A stretch of 64,000 bases of DNA from NCBI GenBank assembly GCA_002633005.1, contig NMRA01000669.1, positions 78,396 to 142,395 of the forward strand, read 5' to 3'. This DNA comes from Phoronis australis (lineage: Eukaryota; Animalia; Phoronida). A program made the translations under genes and the position numbers. The notes under the pieces are model-generated. The model was not told the DNA's origin. It worked only from the letters and a program-made list of their open reading frames with translations, and searched no databases. The stretch's first letter is position 1; each line of letters begins with the position of its first letter. Below are positions 61,681-64,000 of this stretch, piece after piece.

Positions 61681-64000
61681 ATGATGATTATTCTGTAACC
61701 AAAGGAGCAGGAGAAATGTGCAAATACTAATTTGGATGCTTTCACTGTTATGGTTGGATTTAGTGGGTGCAGCTTTAAACTGGATGTTTTATTACTTTAG
61801 CTAAAAGACATATTTTTTGCATCGAATACTGAACCTCTTACAATCAATCGCAATTTTTGAAGTTGAAATAACTTATTATTTCAAAAAGCTAAAAGTATAC
61901 TTTCACGAAAAACTAAGGAAACTAAGAATATTTTGAAAATGAAAGAAAGAATTTTCATAACAATTCTCTGGAATTTTAATTAGCTAATGTATGCACTTTG
62001 CGTGTCTGTAGTGTGTGAATGTCCGTCAGCCCATTGTCATTTGTAGCAGATATCTAGATATTACCAAGTGTAACTTTTTGCGGCATTATGAATTAATAAA
62101 AAATCCATCGTCTTGTAGACATGTGACGTAATGCATAAGCATATCGATATGTAACCTTCGAGCTGCAGTTCACCCTTGCTTTGTTGTCAACTTTGATTTT
62201 TTAGTGGAAGCGCTTTGGAGTTCAAAAAAATTACCACGCTTACCCATCTCGAATTAATATCGAATGAGCTGGCAACTTTTTAATGTTTATTACGAAACAT
62301 ACAATGTACAATATAATAAGAGTTAGGCCCAGAAAGTGCTAGAAAACGTTCTACCGGCAACTCAAGCGGTAAACTGTAAAAGGCCTAAGACGATAGAACA
62401 CCACTAGAGTGTGTCTAAGTTTGCATAACTGACCGTGTTTCTCTTGAGGCTACAAGACCGAGCTTCAGTTACGCAACCTTTGCCTAGATCATATTGTGCA
62501 GGAGCTTTAGTGTATCAAGTTACATCACCACCCAAGACGTTTAGTATCCCGCTGAATGTTCGGTCTTGGCGGCCACAGAGGTTTCTACGTAATAAACAGT
62601 GTTAATCGTTTCAAGGGAAAAGTTGGCACTGGTTGACCATAAAATCTTCCACAAATTCCGTTTATTAGCATCATACCTTCGGTCTTCGGTTGTATCGTGA
62701 GCCTACGTGTACTTTTACAAAACGTTCAACTTTACCGGCCAGTTTTCATAAAAAGTTCCCGAAAGGAACACTGTTGGCGCGGTTAGGTTTACGTGCCATG
62801 GTCACTTACAGAAGTCCCGAATTTGAGAAGCAGTTTGATGCCCGTTATTCACTGAAGAAAACTGGGGCCCCTGTAAGTGACTTTTGCAGTTCTACGCACA
62901 GATGCCTTCCTGGTGATCCTAAGTTCCATTTTATACCCACACTACCAATTTAAAGTAAATATTTGCTGCTCAACTACAATAGCAGTGCCATTTAACAGCT
63001 AGCTGGGCCTGTGGTAATTACGAAATGTTACACATAAACTCAGTTGGTCAAATTTATGTCCCTACTTTCCAAGTTGGGGGGCGTCAAAACACAACTGACT
63101 TAGTATGCCAGCGCATAGTGGTGAGAGTTGCCTTTTCAGCATTATTTTACGGTGAGTGAAAAGAAAAAAGGTTCTGCATTCCATGCACGTTTGCTTACGA
63201 CCCCCTTGAGTCAGAACAATCATTCTACTGTTACGCGGGGTGGGGTGTAGACGCGTGACATCTATTGGTGAAAAAAAGAAGTTGTCAACTCTTGGAAGCG
63301 GTCGAGGCAATCTCGAATGCATCGCCTGCGTTATCCTATACACGTGTCCAGTCTTCTTATGTCGAGTGGTAACGACTTAAATTTTAAATATGGTATTTTT
63401 AACTGTGTGAGCGAACGGCAGGGACAACTACACGAATGGCCAAAAATGTCACAGGATAAGCCTGGAAAGGATAAACAAACTAAATTGCTGTATTGAAAGT
63501 GGTTCACTGCCAATCAAACAGCATGTCTCCTTATTTGGTATGGCAAGACATAGACGTAGCACATTTCCCGTATGGAAAATGTGACCCTTGACCTCAGGAG
63601 GCTTCAAGCAACTGACTATGCGCACATTTATCGTAAGTTGGACGGAGATTAGAAGCTCTGTGGTAACCACGGGGTTTTTCCGTTGAGAGTATTTCAAAAA
63701 TCATAATTTTTGTGATTTTTCTGGCAATTCCTTCGCATAGGAAAGTGAATTACTCTGTCCTAGACGTTGCCAGGTCAGTGGTACTTTTGACAGGGATTGT
63801 TTAAAAGATATTTTTGACGAGTTTTCACGTTCCAGGCCTCTTCAACATTTAAACTGAAAAAGATTCATTGAACTACCTACAAGTTTGATTTATCAGGTTT
63901 TCAGCAGTAATAACCTAATATACATGTGCCAGTCAATAGCAGTGCTTCAACTGTAGACTTGTTGCCGACCAACATTTTAAATCTGTACTCTAGCAAATTT

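Overview
This is animal (invertebrate-like) genomic DNA: intron-rich, AT-rich and dense in transposons. It contains no prokaryotic operons, CRISPR arrays or rRNA. (1) 1-6918 holds a BEL/Pao LTR retrotransposon on the minus strand, with a full 5' LTR, a 1498-aa Gag-protease-RT-RNase H ORF, a disrupted integrase, a PPT and the start of the 3' LTR. (2) About 7.6-27.5 kb has phase-compatible minus-strand exon candidates for one or two unrecognised coiled-coil proteins. (3) 33529-49230 holds a minus-strand SLC6 Na+/Cl- dependent transporter gene, with 13 coding exons reconstructed by hand in one continuous frame (658 aa; start exon not found). (4) There are many MITEs (two families with 5-bp TSDs), foldbacks, minisatellites and a tRNA-derived SINE head. 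(5) Two THAP remnants, an Academ-like transposase remnant and a Tc1/mariner remnant lie at 51.9-61.7 kb. I cannot demonstrate a novel multi-gene system. The best leads are the integrase-restricted decay and non-canonical primer site of the retrotransposon, the unusual pocket and gate residues of the SLC6 protein, and the orphan coiled-coil genes.
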